DNA of 64,000 nucleotides from Deferribacterales bacterium (GTDB lineage Bacteria; Chrysiogenota; Deferribacteres; Deferribacterales; Geovibrionaceae): NCBI GenBank assembly GCA_050253075.1, contig JBFWJS010000002.1, positions 32,001 to 96,000 of the forward strand, read 5' to 3'. Shown piece by piece: positions 21,142 to 29,975 of this stretch (position 1 is its first letter; each line of letters starts with the position of its first letter). The notes under the pieces were generated by a model. It saw only the letters and a program-made list of their open reading frames with translations, ran no database searches and was not told where the DNA came from. The position numbers and the translations under genes were made by a program.

Positions 21142-21781
21142 CGTTAGACTTTTTCTCCAGACGTATAAAATAAAGGTTTCTGAAATATATCAGAAGACCG
21201 ACACTCTGCCCCGCTATGAAGACAGGGTCGTGAACCATAACAGAGTATATCAGCAGGAGCAGGCTTCCTATCATGCTGAAATACCAGAAAAGCACAGGGA
21301 ATGAGCTCTTCTTATTCTTTTCAGAATATATCCACTGCACGAGAAATCTCATGAAGAACATACTCTGGGCAACTATACCTATGGCAAAGATGAGACCCGT
21401 GTATGACACTTTCGCCTTTCTCGGTACGTCAGGATAGAAATATGCCGCTATGCCGACAAATGCAAAGTAGACGAGGAGCATCAGAAACATTTTAAAGCCG
21501 AAGTTGTGGCTTCTGGTTCCACGCTCTTTATATATGAGTGATATATTGCGAAGGTATATGATAGCCCCTGTGGACTGACCGATTATGAATATCGGGTCTT
21601 TTATCAGAACAGAGTAAGTGAGCAGCATAAAACTGCCGAAGATGCTGTAATACCAGAAAGATACCGGAACGGCACTCTTTTTATACTTTTCAGTGTAAAG
21701 CCACTGAATGATGAAACGCATGAAGAAAAGAAGCTGGCCGACAAAGCCAAATATCGTGAGAGCTAATTCAGCCAGAGACAT
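21134..21781 (-). CDS. lipid A biosynthesis N-terminal (LAB_N) duplicated-domain membrane protein
   Basis: two repeats of G..Q.LF..RF..QW..E..K.S..P..FWY.S..G...LL.Y....DP.FI.GQ..G..IY.RN. Confidence 0.9.
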   Translation of the reverse strand: MSLAELALTIFGFVGQLLFFMRFIIQWLYTEKYKKSAVPVSFWYYSIFGSFMLLTYSVLIKDPIFIIGQSTGAIIYLRNISLIYKERGTRSHNFGFKMFLMLLVYFAFVGIAAYFYPDVPRKAKVSYTGLIFAIGIVAQSMFFMRFLVQWIYSEKNKKSSFPVLFWYFSMIGSLLLLIYSVMVHDPVFIAGQSVGLLIYFRNLYFIRLEKKSNDA

Positions 21782-22487
21782 TTGTTTCCCTTACCTGTAT
21801 TTTAAGGTATCTCTTCTGCATCCAGCGCACAGAGATAAGGTCGTAAAGAGCTTCTTTCGCCCTTTTCATGTTAGTATACTTTGAGACGCCGTGCACACGG
21901 GCTCTGTGGTTCACTTTCACTTCTTTCACCTTTGCGCCCTCCATCTGCATCATAGCAGGGAGGAAGCGGTGAAGCCCTTTGTACATCTTTATCTTTTTCA
22001 GCATGGATGCACGCATTATCTTAAGCGAGCAGCCTGTGTCGTGGACATTGTCTTTGACTATGCTGTTTCTGACTTTGTTACCGAATTTACTGGCTATTCT
22101 TTTGGCAAAGGTGTCCTTTCTGTTGAAACGCCATCCTGTGACCATATCATACTCGCCGTAGAATTTGAGCATCTCGGGGATATCTGCGGGGTCGTTCTGC
22201 AGGTCTGCGTCCATTGTGATGATAACGTCGCCCGAGGCATACTGAAAGCCCGCATACATAGCAGCGGACTGCCCTGTATTCACTTCAAAGGCGACATACT
22301 TGACACGTTCGTCCTTTGATGCGAGGTCTTTTATAATGTTGAGACTGTTGTCTCTGCTGCAGTCGTCTACGAGTACGATCTCAAATTCGCCGTCTATTTT
22401 AGCAGATACTGAAAGTATCTGATTGTAAAGCTCAAGAATGTTTCCTTCTTCGTCAAAGACGGGTATCACATATGATATCTTTTCCAA
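21768..22487 (-). CDS. GT2 polyprenyl-phosphate glycosyltransferase (ArnC/DPM1-like)
   Basis: VIPVFDE, VDDCSRD, GQSAA, MDADLQNDP, DTGCSLK, HRFLP; TTG start. Confidence 0.92.
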   Translation of the reverse strand: MEKISYVIPVFDEEGNILELYNQILSVSAKIDGEFEIVLVDDCSRDNSLNIIKDLASKDERVKYVAFEVNTGQSAAMYAGFQYASGDVIITMDADLQNDPADIPEMLKFYGEYDMVTGWRFNRKDTFAKRIASKFGNKVRNSIVKDNVHDTGCSLKIMRASMLKKIKMYKGLHRFLPAMMQMEGAKVKEVKVNHRARVHGVSKYTNMKRAKEALYDLISVRWMQKRYLKIQVRETNVSG

Positions 22488-22679
22488 AATTAACCACCAT
22501 TTCTTAGTGTTTTGATATAACAGATTTTTCTAGCATATATACTGACACAAAACAACATCTATTCCGATTATTTCCCCTGCTCAGTCATCTGATTAAATAT
22601 TAACCACTGATTGACACATATTTGACCACTGATATTAAAAAAAGTTCTCTGAAAGCTCTAAAAATATATCTTACAAGTT

Positions 22680-22695
22680 TGGCATATTCTTTGCA
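22680..22695 (+). promoter_or_regulatory. sigma54 (-24/-12) promoter of amtB
   Basis: TGGCATattctTTGCA with GG at 22681-2 and GC at 22693-4, canonical spacing. Confidence 0.85.
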
Positions 22696-22734
22696 TATAT
22701 CATGCAGAATCATTAATCATGGGGTGACTTAAAT

Positions 22735-23991
22735 ATGACTCGTATCTTATCTATTATTTTTCTGACTCTGACTGCCTCTACGGCATTCGCAGATGAACTG
22801 AACTCAGGCGATACCACGTGGATCCTTGTTTCTTCTGCACTCGTATTCCTTATGCTCCCCGGACTTGCGCTCTTTTACGGCGGTATGGTCAGGGCTAAAA
22901 GTGTTCTTTCAACCTTCCTTTACAGCTTCTCTGCGCTCTGCGTAGCGGGCGTTGCATGGGCCGTTGTCGGCTTCACAATCGCATTTGGCGAATCCGACTC
23001 GCTCTTTATGGGAAGCATGAAATATTTTATGCTCGGTGGTGATTTTATGGACGCTATGTCCGGCACGATCCCACTCGGCATTTTTGCTATGTTTCAGGGC
23101 ATGTTCGCCATCATCACTGTTGCTCTTATCAGCGGTGCTGTTGTCGAGCGTATGAAGTTCAGCGCATGGGTGCTCTTCATGCCGCTCTGGATAATACTCG
23201 TTTACGCTCCTGTCGCATACTGGGTATGGGGCGGCGGCTGGCTTTCTAAAATGGGCGCACTCGACTTTGCGGGCGGTACTGTCGTACACTTCGCATCCGG
23301 TATGGCTGCCCTTGCCATCGCACTCGTTCTCGGCAACAGAAAAGACTTTATGCATGCTAAGATCATCCCGCACAATGTTACATATACAGTGCTCGGCGCA
23401 GGTCTCCTGTGGTTCGGATGGTTCGGTTTCAACTCCGGATCAGCTCTCGCAGCGGATAAAATCGCCGCTCTAGCATTTGTAAACACTATGATAGCTGCAG
23501 CAACGGCCGGCTTCGTGTGGATGCTGATAGAGATGGCAGTGAGCAAACCTTCGGCACTCGGTGTTGCATCGGGTATCGTAGCAGGCCTCGTGGGCATAAC
23601 ACCGGCAGCAGGATTTGTAGAGCCGTGGGCGGCAATCGTTATAGGTGCTCTCACAGGTGCACTCTGCTTCTGGGGTATCACACTTAAATTTAAGTTTAAA
23701 CTGGACGACTCTCTCGACGTTTTCGGCATACACGGTCTCGGCGGTCTCTTCGGAGCCATCGCAACGGGTGTTTTCGCTACTGTCGGAGCAGAGGGACTCA
23801 TAGCAGGAAATGCTAATCAGGTTCTTATACAGATAATAGACGCCCTTGCATGCGGCGGTTACTCATTCATCGTAACATACATCATCGCACGCACAATTAA
23901 AGCGACAATATGCATCAGAATAACACATGAGGAAGAGACAGAAGGTACAGACCTTAACCAGCACGGTGAAAAGGCGTACAACCTCTTCTAA
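22735..23991 (+). CDS. amtB: ammonium transporter
   Basis: PGLALFYGGM, FQGMFA, DFAGGTVVH, LWFGWFGFN, DDSLDVFGIHG, HGE.AY. Confidence 0.97.
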   Translation: MTRILSIIFLTLTASTAFADELNSGDTTWILVSSALVFLMLPGLALFYGGMVRAKSVLSTFLYSFSALCVAGVAWAVVGFTIAFGESDSLFMGSMKYFMLGGDFMDAMSGTIPLGIFAMFQGMFAIITVALISGAVVERMKFSAWVLFMPLWIILVYAPVAYWVWGGGWLSKMGALDFAGGTVVHFASGMAALAIALVLGNRKDFMHAKIIPHNVTYTVLGAGLLWFGWFGFNSGSALAADKIAALAFVNTMIAAATAGFVWMLIEMAVSKPSALGVASGIVAGLVGITPAAGFVEPWAAIVIGALTGALCFWGITLKFKFKLDDSLDVFGIHGLGGLFGAIATGVFATVGAEGLIAGNANQVLIQIIDALACGGYSFIVTYIIARTIKATICIRITHEEETEGTDLNQHGEKAYNLF

Positions 23992-24019
23992 CAGCCGGTT
24001 ATACAGTTAGGACAAGTAT

Positions 24020-24076
24020 GGGGCACTCTATGTTTCTCCGCTATTTTATGGGGGAACATACCGTGCCTCTTTTTTT
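24020..24076 (+). terminator. long-stem terminator after amtB
   Basis: GGGGCAC..TATGTTTCTCC ... GGGGGAACATA..GTGCCTC followed by T run. Confidence 0.65.
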
Positions 24077-24272
24077 ACATAGAATCTAATCTATAAAATC
24101 CAAAATAATAACAAACTGAAAATACACTACATTTAATAAACCATTATTCGTCATATTTAAAATAATAAAACTTTTATTAAGAACACATTAACGGATTTTA
24201 TTCTTAATATCCTGCTTGAAAATATTATTCACACAAGGTATCATTTTCAATATTAATTTAAAGGAGTCTTAT

Positions 24273-24638
24273 ATGAAATTTTTTCTCATATTGTTAGTTT
24301 TGATCTCTATTTCAAGTACAGCATTAGCCTCTGGAGAAAGCTATTATCATGGCCCAATCAAGAGAGTGTACACCCACATGAACGGTCCTTATGCTGGGAT
24401 AGTTCTCATTAAGACCGATGAAAGCTATGCCATAACTGATTCTTCAGAATGTGCAACGAATGTCTCGTTTCAATATGCTTTTGATGCAAAAACACCTGCA
24501 GGAGCAGTTACATTAACAATAGTAATGACTTCATTTATTGCAAAGTTAAACATAACATTATATGGAACAACACAGAAAACTTGTGATAATTTTCCAGGGA
24601 TTGAAGATTTAGAAATAGTTGCGCCATACGCTTACTAA
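24273..24638 (+). CDS. small secreted hypothetical protein (121 aa) in AT-rich islet
   Basis: AAGGAG RBS, signal peptide MKFFLILLVLISISSTALA, two Cys in mature part. Confidence 0.8.
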   Translation: MKFFLILLVLISISSTALASGESYYHGPIKRVYTHMNGPYAGIVLIKTDESYAITDSSECATNVSFQYAFDAKTPAGAVTLTIVMTSFIAKLNITLYGTTQKTCDNFPGIEDLEIVAPYAY

Positions 24639-24715
24639 ATAGATAAAGTAAAAAGTCAATCTTACACAATTCTGATTAGTCCCACTAACAACAGCAATAT
24701 TCTACTGACTAATTC

Positions 24716-24749
24716 AATCCCCGATATCAACAATGTCGGGGATTTTTTA
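24716..24749 (+). terminator. terminator hairpin between convergent genes
   Basis: AATCCCCGATA-TCAACAA-TGTCGGGGATT-TTTT. Confidence 0.75.
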
Positions 24750-24763
24750 TTAACTAGTCAATA

Positions 24764-25552
24764 CTAGCCTACGAAGAAATCAAGGGGCGGAACTTTCTTC
24801 ACGCGTCCCAGTTTAGCAGCATAGCTGTAATACTTGAGCAGACCTTTAATATGTGCTTCAGAGAGGTCATATTTTATCGTCTCCCAGTAGTCTATGATCT
24901 GATAGTTGGTGAGCCCTTTGAATGTATAATGATCGAGCAGAGCGGCAAGATTCTTCTTGCTGTCCACCTTTATAGCTTCCAGAGTACGTGCAAATTCAGC
25001 CACTTCGTCATGACGCTCGTGTACCGTATCCTTACGCACTATCCACAGGGCAAAAACGAACGGCAGCCCCGTAAATTCATTCCACAGCGTGCAGAGGTCA
25101 TAAACATATGCCCACTTGCCGTTGTAATAGTTAAAGAGAGCTTTGTCGCCTATGAGAACGCATGATTCAGCGTCGGGGTTATCCCTTGTGAACATAGGCG
25201 TGATGCCGTATTTCTCACGCATTAGTATCTCGAAAAGTACGATAGACGTGCCCGATTCACCCGTAAGGTAAACCTCTTCCCCCTCCATCTCTTCGATAGG
25301 CTTGTTTGAAAAGAACATAACGCTCTTCACAACGTTATTACAGCTTATGGCTATATTAGGGATCACATAATACTTTTCGGGGTTTCTGGCGTATTCTATG
25401 CAGCTGCAGAAGCCCGCATCTATCCCCCCCTCTCTGATGGCAGAGTTCAGGAAGGACGGAACGCCTTTTATAAGTTTATATTTATCGAGTTTCTGAAGCT
25501 GAAAGAAGATGGGATACACATTTGCATAATCTATCTGTCCGATACTAAGCAT
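24764..25552 (-). CDS. mqnA: chorismate dehydratase (futalosine menaquinone pathway)
   Basis: IG.I.Y.NV.P, GVPS.LN, V.SV, S.TS..L, LIGD.AL, DL...W...TGLPFVFALW; start reset to ATG 25552. Confidence 0.88.
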   Translation of the reverse strand: MLSIGQIDYANVYPIFFQLQKLDKYKLIKGVPSFLNSAIREGGIDAGFCSCIEYARNPEKYYVIPNIAISCNNVVKSVMFFSNKPIEEMEGEEVYLTGESGTSIVLFEILMREKYGITPMFTRDNPDAESCVLIGDKALFNYYNGKWAYVYDLCTLWNEFTGLPFVFALWIVRKDTVHERHDEVAEFARTLEAIKVDSKKNLAALLDHYTFKGLTNYQIIDYWETIKYDLSEAHIKGLLKYYSYAAKLGRVKKVPPLDFFVG

Positions 25553-26054
25553 AGGTCTCTCCTGTTTTAGCCCCCTTCCACTCTGTGTCCAGGCCGGGGA
25601 ATCCACGTCTGCGTATGATGTCGAAGCCCACGAGGGCGACCGAGTTCGAAAGGTTAAAGCTGCGCACCTTCCCTGTGGAAGGTATCCTGTATAGGTTGTC
25701 GGGGAATTCTCTGTCTATCCGCTCGGGGAGCCCTGATGTCTCTCTGCCGAACATGATCATGAGGTTTTCATCCTCATGGGGTATCTCTGTATAAACCTTT
25801 GATGCGAATTTAGAAAGGAATGCATATGGATGCTTTTCAGCGGGGAATTCCTCAAAGAATGCATCGAGACTCGGCAGGCGCATCAGGTTAACCCTGTGCC
25901 AGTAGTCGAGCCCCGCTCTCTTGACGTGTTTGTCGTCCAGAGAGAATCCGAGCTCGCCGACCAATATCAGCCTGCTGTCCGTTCCAACGCAAAAACGCCC
26001 GATGTTACCTGTGTTCTGAGGTATTTCGGGCTCATACAAAACTATATTAAGCAT
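25545..26054 (-). CDS. trmL: tRNA (cytidine/uridine-34 2'-O)-methyltransferase
   Basis: PEIPQNTGNIGR, RAGLDYW, FGRETSGLP, RS.NLSNSV. Confidence 0.94.
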   Translation of the reverse strand: MLNIVLYEPEIPQNTGNIGRFCVGTDSRLILVGELGFSLDDKHVKRAGLDYWHRVNLMRLPSLDAFFEEFPAEKHPYAFLSKFASKVYTEIPHEDENLMIMFGRETSGLPERIDREFPDNLYRIPSTGKVRSFNLSNSVALVGFDIIRRRGFPGLDTEWKGAKTGETYA

Positions 26055-26071
26055 GATATCCTTATAAAGCC

Positions 26072-26165
26072 GTCACGAACCATTCATAGTGAAATGATCT
26101 TCCGGCTTTGCAGCAGCAATAACACGGAAGATTGCTTCGTCGGGTTTCCCCTTCCTCGCAATGAC
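26072..26165. repeat. CGTC-type palindromic repeat, copy C (degenerate left arm)
   Basis: GTCAC...GATCTTCCG ... CGGAAGATTGCTTCGTCGG...CCTCGCAATGAC; right arm complementary to left arm of copy B. Confidence 0.7.
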
Positions 26166-26175
26166 CTATTATTTA

Positions 26176-26298
26176 AACGGTAGGCTATTTTGTTTTCTGA
26201 GCAAGAAATAATCATGAAAAAAGCGGAGTGTACTATTTTGTACATGAGCATTTTTGAGTGATAATTTTCTGCACTCAGACGGCAAAAGAGTCACCGTT
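26176..26298. repeat. ~120-bp imperfect palindrome (MITE-like, different family)
   Basis: AACGGT..TTTTG..TCTGAG..AGAAA..GTGTAC-loop-GTACAT..TTTCT..CTCAGA..CAAAA..ACCGTT. Confidence 0.7.
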
Positions 26299-26587
26299 AT
26301 TTGATGTAGTATTCCGGGTCAGATATCCATGTAGACTGACACTCCGGACATTTAGACGGTTTTCCTATCTTCTTGCTGAAGACAAACCCGCATTTTCTGC
26401 ACTCGGGCAGTATAACCCTGAAATCCTTGTCATAGCTTTTTGCTATGTGTTCCAGATGGTTATACACATTCTTTTCCGGCTGTCCGATGGCCTGAGATAT
26501 GGCTTTTGCGCTGGACGGATTATTTTTGATATAATCCGCTATCTCCTGCCGAACGGTAACTATTCCGCTATCGTTACCTTCTCGCAT
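26297..26587 (-). CDS. small HTH + Zn-ribbon protein (COG3357-like putative regulator)
   Basis: TVRQEI...EKNVYNHLEHIAKS...PECRKCGFVF...KPSKCPECQSTWISDP; start uncertain. Confidence 0.8.
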   Translation of the reverse strand: MREGNDSGIVTVRQEIADYIKNNPSSAKAISQAIGQPEKNVYNHLEHIAKSYDKDFRVILPECRKCGFVFSKKIGKPSKCPECQSTWISDPEYYIK

Positions 26588-26904
26588 CCGCCCCATATAG
26601 CACCGAGGTTGTAATAATCTCTTTCCTGTCTGCACATAAGGTGCACCATCACCTCGCCGAAGTCCACGCATATCCAGCGTGAGCTCCCCTGCCCTTCAAC
26701 GGCAAACGGAGTGATCTTTTTAGCTTTCAGATTTTCCAGCAGATAGTCTGCGATAGCGTTTGCGTGGGGTTCCGATGTGGCCGTACCTATGACGATGTAG
26801 TCTGCCACACTGCTCACCGGAGCGACATAGTAGCCGACGATATCCTCTGTCTTACGTTCCTGTAATTCGTTTATGATCATATCAAGCATGGTACGGTCTT
26901 TCAT
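26560..26904 (-). CDS. rsfS: ribosome silencing factor
   Basis: K.EDI, ADYIVIGT.TS..H, EG....WICVDFGEVMVH.M....R.YYNL..IW; follows nadD. Confidence 0.93.
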   Translation of the reverse strand: MKDRTMLDMIINELQERKTEDIVGYYVAPVSSVADYIVIGTATSEPHANAIADYLLENLKAKKITPFAVEGQGSSRWICVDFGEVMVHLMCRQERDYYNLGAIWGGCEKVTIAE

Positions 26905-27542
26905 TCATTTCCCCTATATAGTCCTTTTTCTGATATATATTCGTAAACCACATCTGGCAGATTCGCCCTTCTGTAGCTCGCTTCCAAAACATCTCTTATC
27001 TCCGTGCTGGAGACATCCACAGGCGGCATTTCGTAAAGTATAACCTTGCCCGCCTTTTCGCCTTCGTACTGGTCTTCCCTTATCACTATATCATGCAGCC
27101 ATTCCGGCAGAGCTTCAAGCATTTTTCCAAAAGAAACCATCGAACGGCTGACCACTACAAAATTTGCATAGTCGAAAAGCTCTTTATACCCGTGCCATTT
27201 TTCAATGGTGGCAAATATATCCGTGCCGCAGGCAAAGAAAAGCTCGTCTTCGGGAAACATCTCTCTGAAATGCTTTAAGGTCTTCAATGTGAAGGATACG
27301 CCCTCGGAAGCAATCTCATAGTCGGAGACTTTAAACTTTTCTCCGAGTCCTTCCGCCACTAGTTCCACCATCTTCAGCCTTGTCTCAGGGTCGATGACGG
27401 ATCCTGTGTCCTTATGAGGCGGTATCTTTGAAGGGATGAGGAACATCCTGTCCAGCTTCAGGCTCTCTGTGACATTCTCTGCCAGAGCCAGATGCCCGAC
27501 GTGTATCGGATTGAATGTTCCGCCGAAAATTCCTGTCCTCAC
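26901..27542 (-). CDS. nadD: nicotinate-nucleotide adenylyltransferase
   Basis: GIFGGTFNPIHVGH, PPHK, VSSTEIR. Confidence 0.96.
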   Translation of the reverse strand: MRTGIFGGTFNPIHVGHLALAENVTESLKLDRMFLIPSKIPPHKDTGSVIDPETRLKMVELVAEGLGEKFKVSDYEIASEGVSFTLKTLKHFREMFPEDELFFACGTDIFATIEKWHGYKELFDYANFVVVSRSMVSFGKMLEALPEWLHDIVIREDQYEGEKAGKVILYEMPPVDVSSTEIRDVLEASYRRANLPDVVYEYISEKGLYRGNE

Positions 27543-27543
27543 C

Positions 27544-28779
27544 TTACTTTATCTGCCCGTGTCCGTATACTCTGTATTTAGTGGTCGTAAGGTCGTCTGC
27601 GCCCATTGGTCCTCTGCAGTGGAGCTTCTGCGTGCTGATGCCTATCTCCGCACCCATGCCGAACTCTCCGCCGTCGGTCCATCTGGTGGATGCGTTAACG
27701 TATACGGCCGCTGCATCTACCATATCAAGGAATTTTTCGCTGTTTGTATAGTTTTCGGTCACTATGCTTTCAGAGTGCATAGAGCCGTACTTGTTTATAT
27801 GTTCGATAGCGTCGTCTATGGAGTCCACTATCTTTACGGAGAGGATATAGTCGAGGTATTCGGTCTTCCAGTCCTCTTCCACTGCGTCTTTACAAACGAT
27901 GATCTCCGCCGTGCGCTCGCATCCTCTGATCTCGACGTTATATTTAGCATATTCCTCGGCGAGCCTTTTCAGTGCTGTTTCAGCCACTGATCTGTGTACG
28001 AGGAGCGTCTCCATAGCGTTGCAAACGCCGGGGCGCTGACACTTCGCATTCACGGCTATGGCAACAGCCATATCCATATCTGCAAACTCGTCTATATATA
28101 CGTGACATATACCGTCATCGTGTTTTACGAGAGGTATAAGTGAATGCTCTGTACAGAACTCTATGAGCCCCTTTCCGCCTCTTGGCACCATGATATCTAT
28201 GTCGTCTTTTGCTTTCAGCATTTCCATCACGATGGCACGGTCAGGGTCTTCTATGATGTTTACACATGCTTCGGGCAGTCCTGCCTGCTTCACGGCTTCT
28301 TTCATAAGGCGTCCGAGGTATGTGTTTGAATGCACAGCCTCTTTCCCGCCTCTCAGCACAGACACATTGCCTGATTTCAGACAGAGGGCAGCGGCATCTA
28401 TCGTAACATTCGGTCTGGATTCAAAGATGATCCCCACAACACCGAGGGGAACCTTCACCTTTGTGATGTGCAGTCCGTTCGGGCGTTTGTATCCGTCCAC
28501 GACCTTACCCACAGGGTCGACCTGCGCACGGATATCCACGACAGCCTGTATCATGCCGTCGATGCGTGCATCGTTCAGCTCCAGCCTGTCTATCATAGCG
28601 TTGGAGAGACCTGCCTCCTTCGCATATTCGAGGTCTTTTTTATTGACCTCTTTTATCTCTGCCCTTTTGGCGTCCAGCATTTCTGCTATCAGCGTAAGAG
28701 CCTTATCTTTCACATCAGTGTTCACGCCCATGAGGACATACGATGCCTGCTTAGCTTCTTTGAACATGTTCTCAAGCAT
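27544..28779 (-). CDS. proA: gamma-glutamyl phosphate reductase
   Basis: VPLGVVGIIFESRPNVT, CNAMETLLVH, NASTRWTDGGEFGMGAEIGISTQKLH. Confidence 0.97.
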   Translation of the reverse strand: MLENMFKEAKQASYVLMGVNTDVKDKALTLIAEMLDAKRAEIKEVNKKDLEYAKEAGLSNAMIDRLELNDARIDGMIQAVVDIRAQVDPVGKVVDGYKRPNGLHITKVKVPLGVVGIIFESRPNVTIDAAALCLKSGNVSVLRGGKEAVHSNTYLGRLMKEAVKQAGLPEACVNIIEDPDRAIVMEMLKAKDDIDIMVPRGGKGLIEFCTEHSLIPLVKHDDGICHVYIDEFADMDMAVAIAVNAKCQRPGVCNAMETLLVHRSVAETALKRLAEEYAKYNVEIRGCERTAEIIVCKDAVEEDWKTEYLDYILSVKIVDSIDDAIEHINKYGSMHSESIVTENYTNSEKFLDMVDAAAVYVNASTRWTDGGEFGMGAEIGISTQKLHCRGPMGADDLTTTKYRVYGHGQIK

Positions 28780-28782
28780 TTT

Positions 28783-29925
28783 CTATACTCCGCCGTTTGT
28801 GGTAATCACCATGTCATCCCTGTGGATGAGCTCGTCTGTAAACTTATACCCTAAAACGGAGGGTATGTCAGAGGATTTTTTACCTTTTATCCTGTCCGCA
28901 TCCTCGGATGTATATCTGGCTTTGCCCCTTGCTATCTCTTTCCCGTCGGGACCGATAACTGCGATGACATCCCCCATGCCGAATTTCCCCTTTACATCAA
29001 CGACTCCACGAGGGAGCAGAGACGTCTTCTTCTCCAGCAGAGCGCTCACCGCACCGCTGTCTACGTGTATCTCACCGCGAACGCCTGCGGCATAAGCTAT
29101 CCAGTGTTTGCGCCTGTTGAAAGGGTCTTCTATATGGTTAAAGAAAGTCCCCACGTCTTCCCCTTTAAGGAAGTCTGTGAGGTTCTGAAGATTGCGCCCG
29201 TTTATGATGCCGACGTAACAGCCCGCATCGAGAGCCTTGCCCGCTGCTTCCAGCTTAGACTTCATCCCGCCTGTACCGACACCAGAGACAGAATCGCCAG
29301 CCACGTTCAGCAGGTCTTCGTTTATATATTCAACCTCGCTGATGCGTACGGCGTCGTCGCACTCAGTAGGGTTTTTATCAAATAATCCGTCCACGTCGGA
29401 CATAATAAGGAGCATATCCGCACCTATAAGCCCGCTCACAAGAGCAGAGAGGTTATCGTTGTCGGTGAAGTTCTCTATCTGGCGAAGCTCCTCGACAACA
29501 ACAGAGTCGTTCTCGTTTATGATGGGCACCACGCCGAGCTCCAACAGACGGCGGAGGGTGTATCTGGCGTTCAGATATCTCCTTCTGTTTGCGAAGTCAT
29601 CTTTTGTAATGAGTATCTGCGCAGGTGTCACGCCGTATTTCTCAAACTCACGGTCGTATTCCCAGATTAGTCTGGCCTGACCGACGGCGGCACACGCCTG
29701 CTTGTCCGTGATATTCTGCGGACGCTCATGAAAGCCTAGCAGCTTAAAGCCCGCACCAACGGCACCTGATGAAACTATAACGATATTAGGTATATTCTTT
29801 TTGAGGTCGCATAAGGCCTTTACCATACCGGAAAGGAAGTCGAGATTTACCCCACGCTCGGGATGAGTAATGATATTACTTCCGACTTTTACGACAAGTG
29901 TTTCGATTTTAGGTAGTTTACGCAT
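28783..29925 (-). CDS. proB: glutamate 5-kinase with PUA domain
   Basis: VVKVGS, VSSGAV, AAVGQ, INENDSV, DND.LS, GTGGM.SK; start reset to ATG 29925 because the longer ORF overlaps the tRNA. Confidence 0.96.
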   Translation of the reverse strand: MRKLPKIETLVVKVGSNIITHPERGVNLDFLSGMVKALCDLKKNIPNIVIVSSGAVGAGFKLLGFHERPQNITDKQACAAVGQARLIWEYDREFEKYGVTPAQILITKDDFANRRRYLNARYTLRRLLELGVVPIINENDSVVVEELRQIENFTDNDNLSALVSGLIGADMLLIMSDVDGLFDKNPTECDDAVRISEVEYINEDLLNVAGDSVSGVGTGGMKSKLEAAGKALDAGCYVGIINGRNLQNLTDFLKGEDVGTFFNHIEDPFNRRKHWIAYAAGVRGEIHVDSGAVSALLEKKTSLLPRGVVDVKGKFGMGDVIAVIGPDGKEIARGKARYTSEDADRIKGKKSSDIPSVLGYKFTDELIHRDDMVITTNGGV

Positions 29926-29975
29926 TGTATTGACCCTGCTGTAAGAATGTGTCAGCCGGTGTATGAACAAAAAAA

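Noticed and set aside
24639..24763. Possible attC site or att direct repeats around the AT-rich orphan gene
   Set aside because: Only a terminator-type hairpin is present; no attC core sites or flanking direct repeat seen by eye
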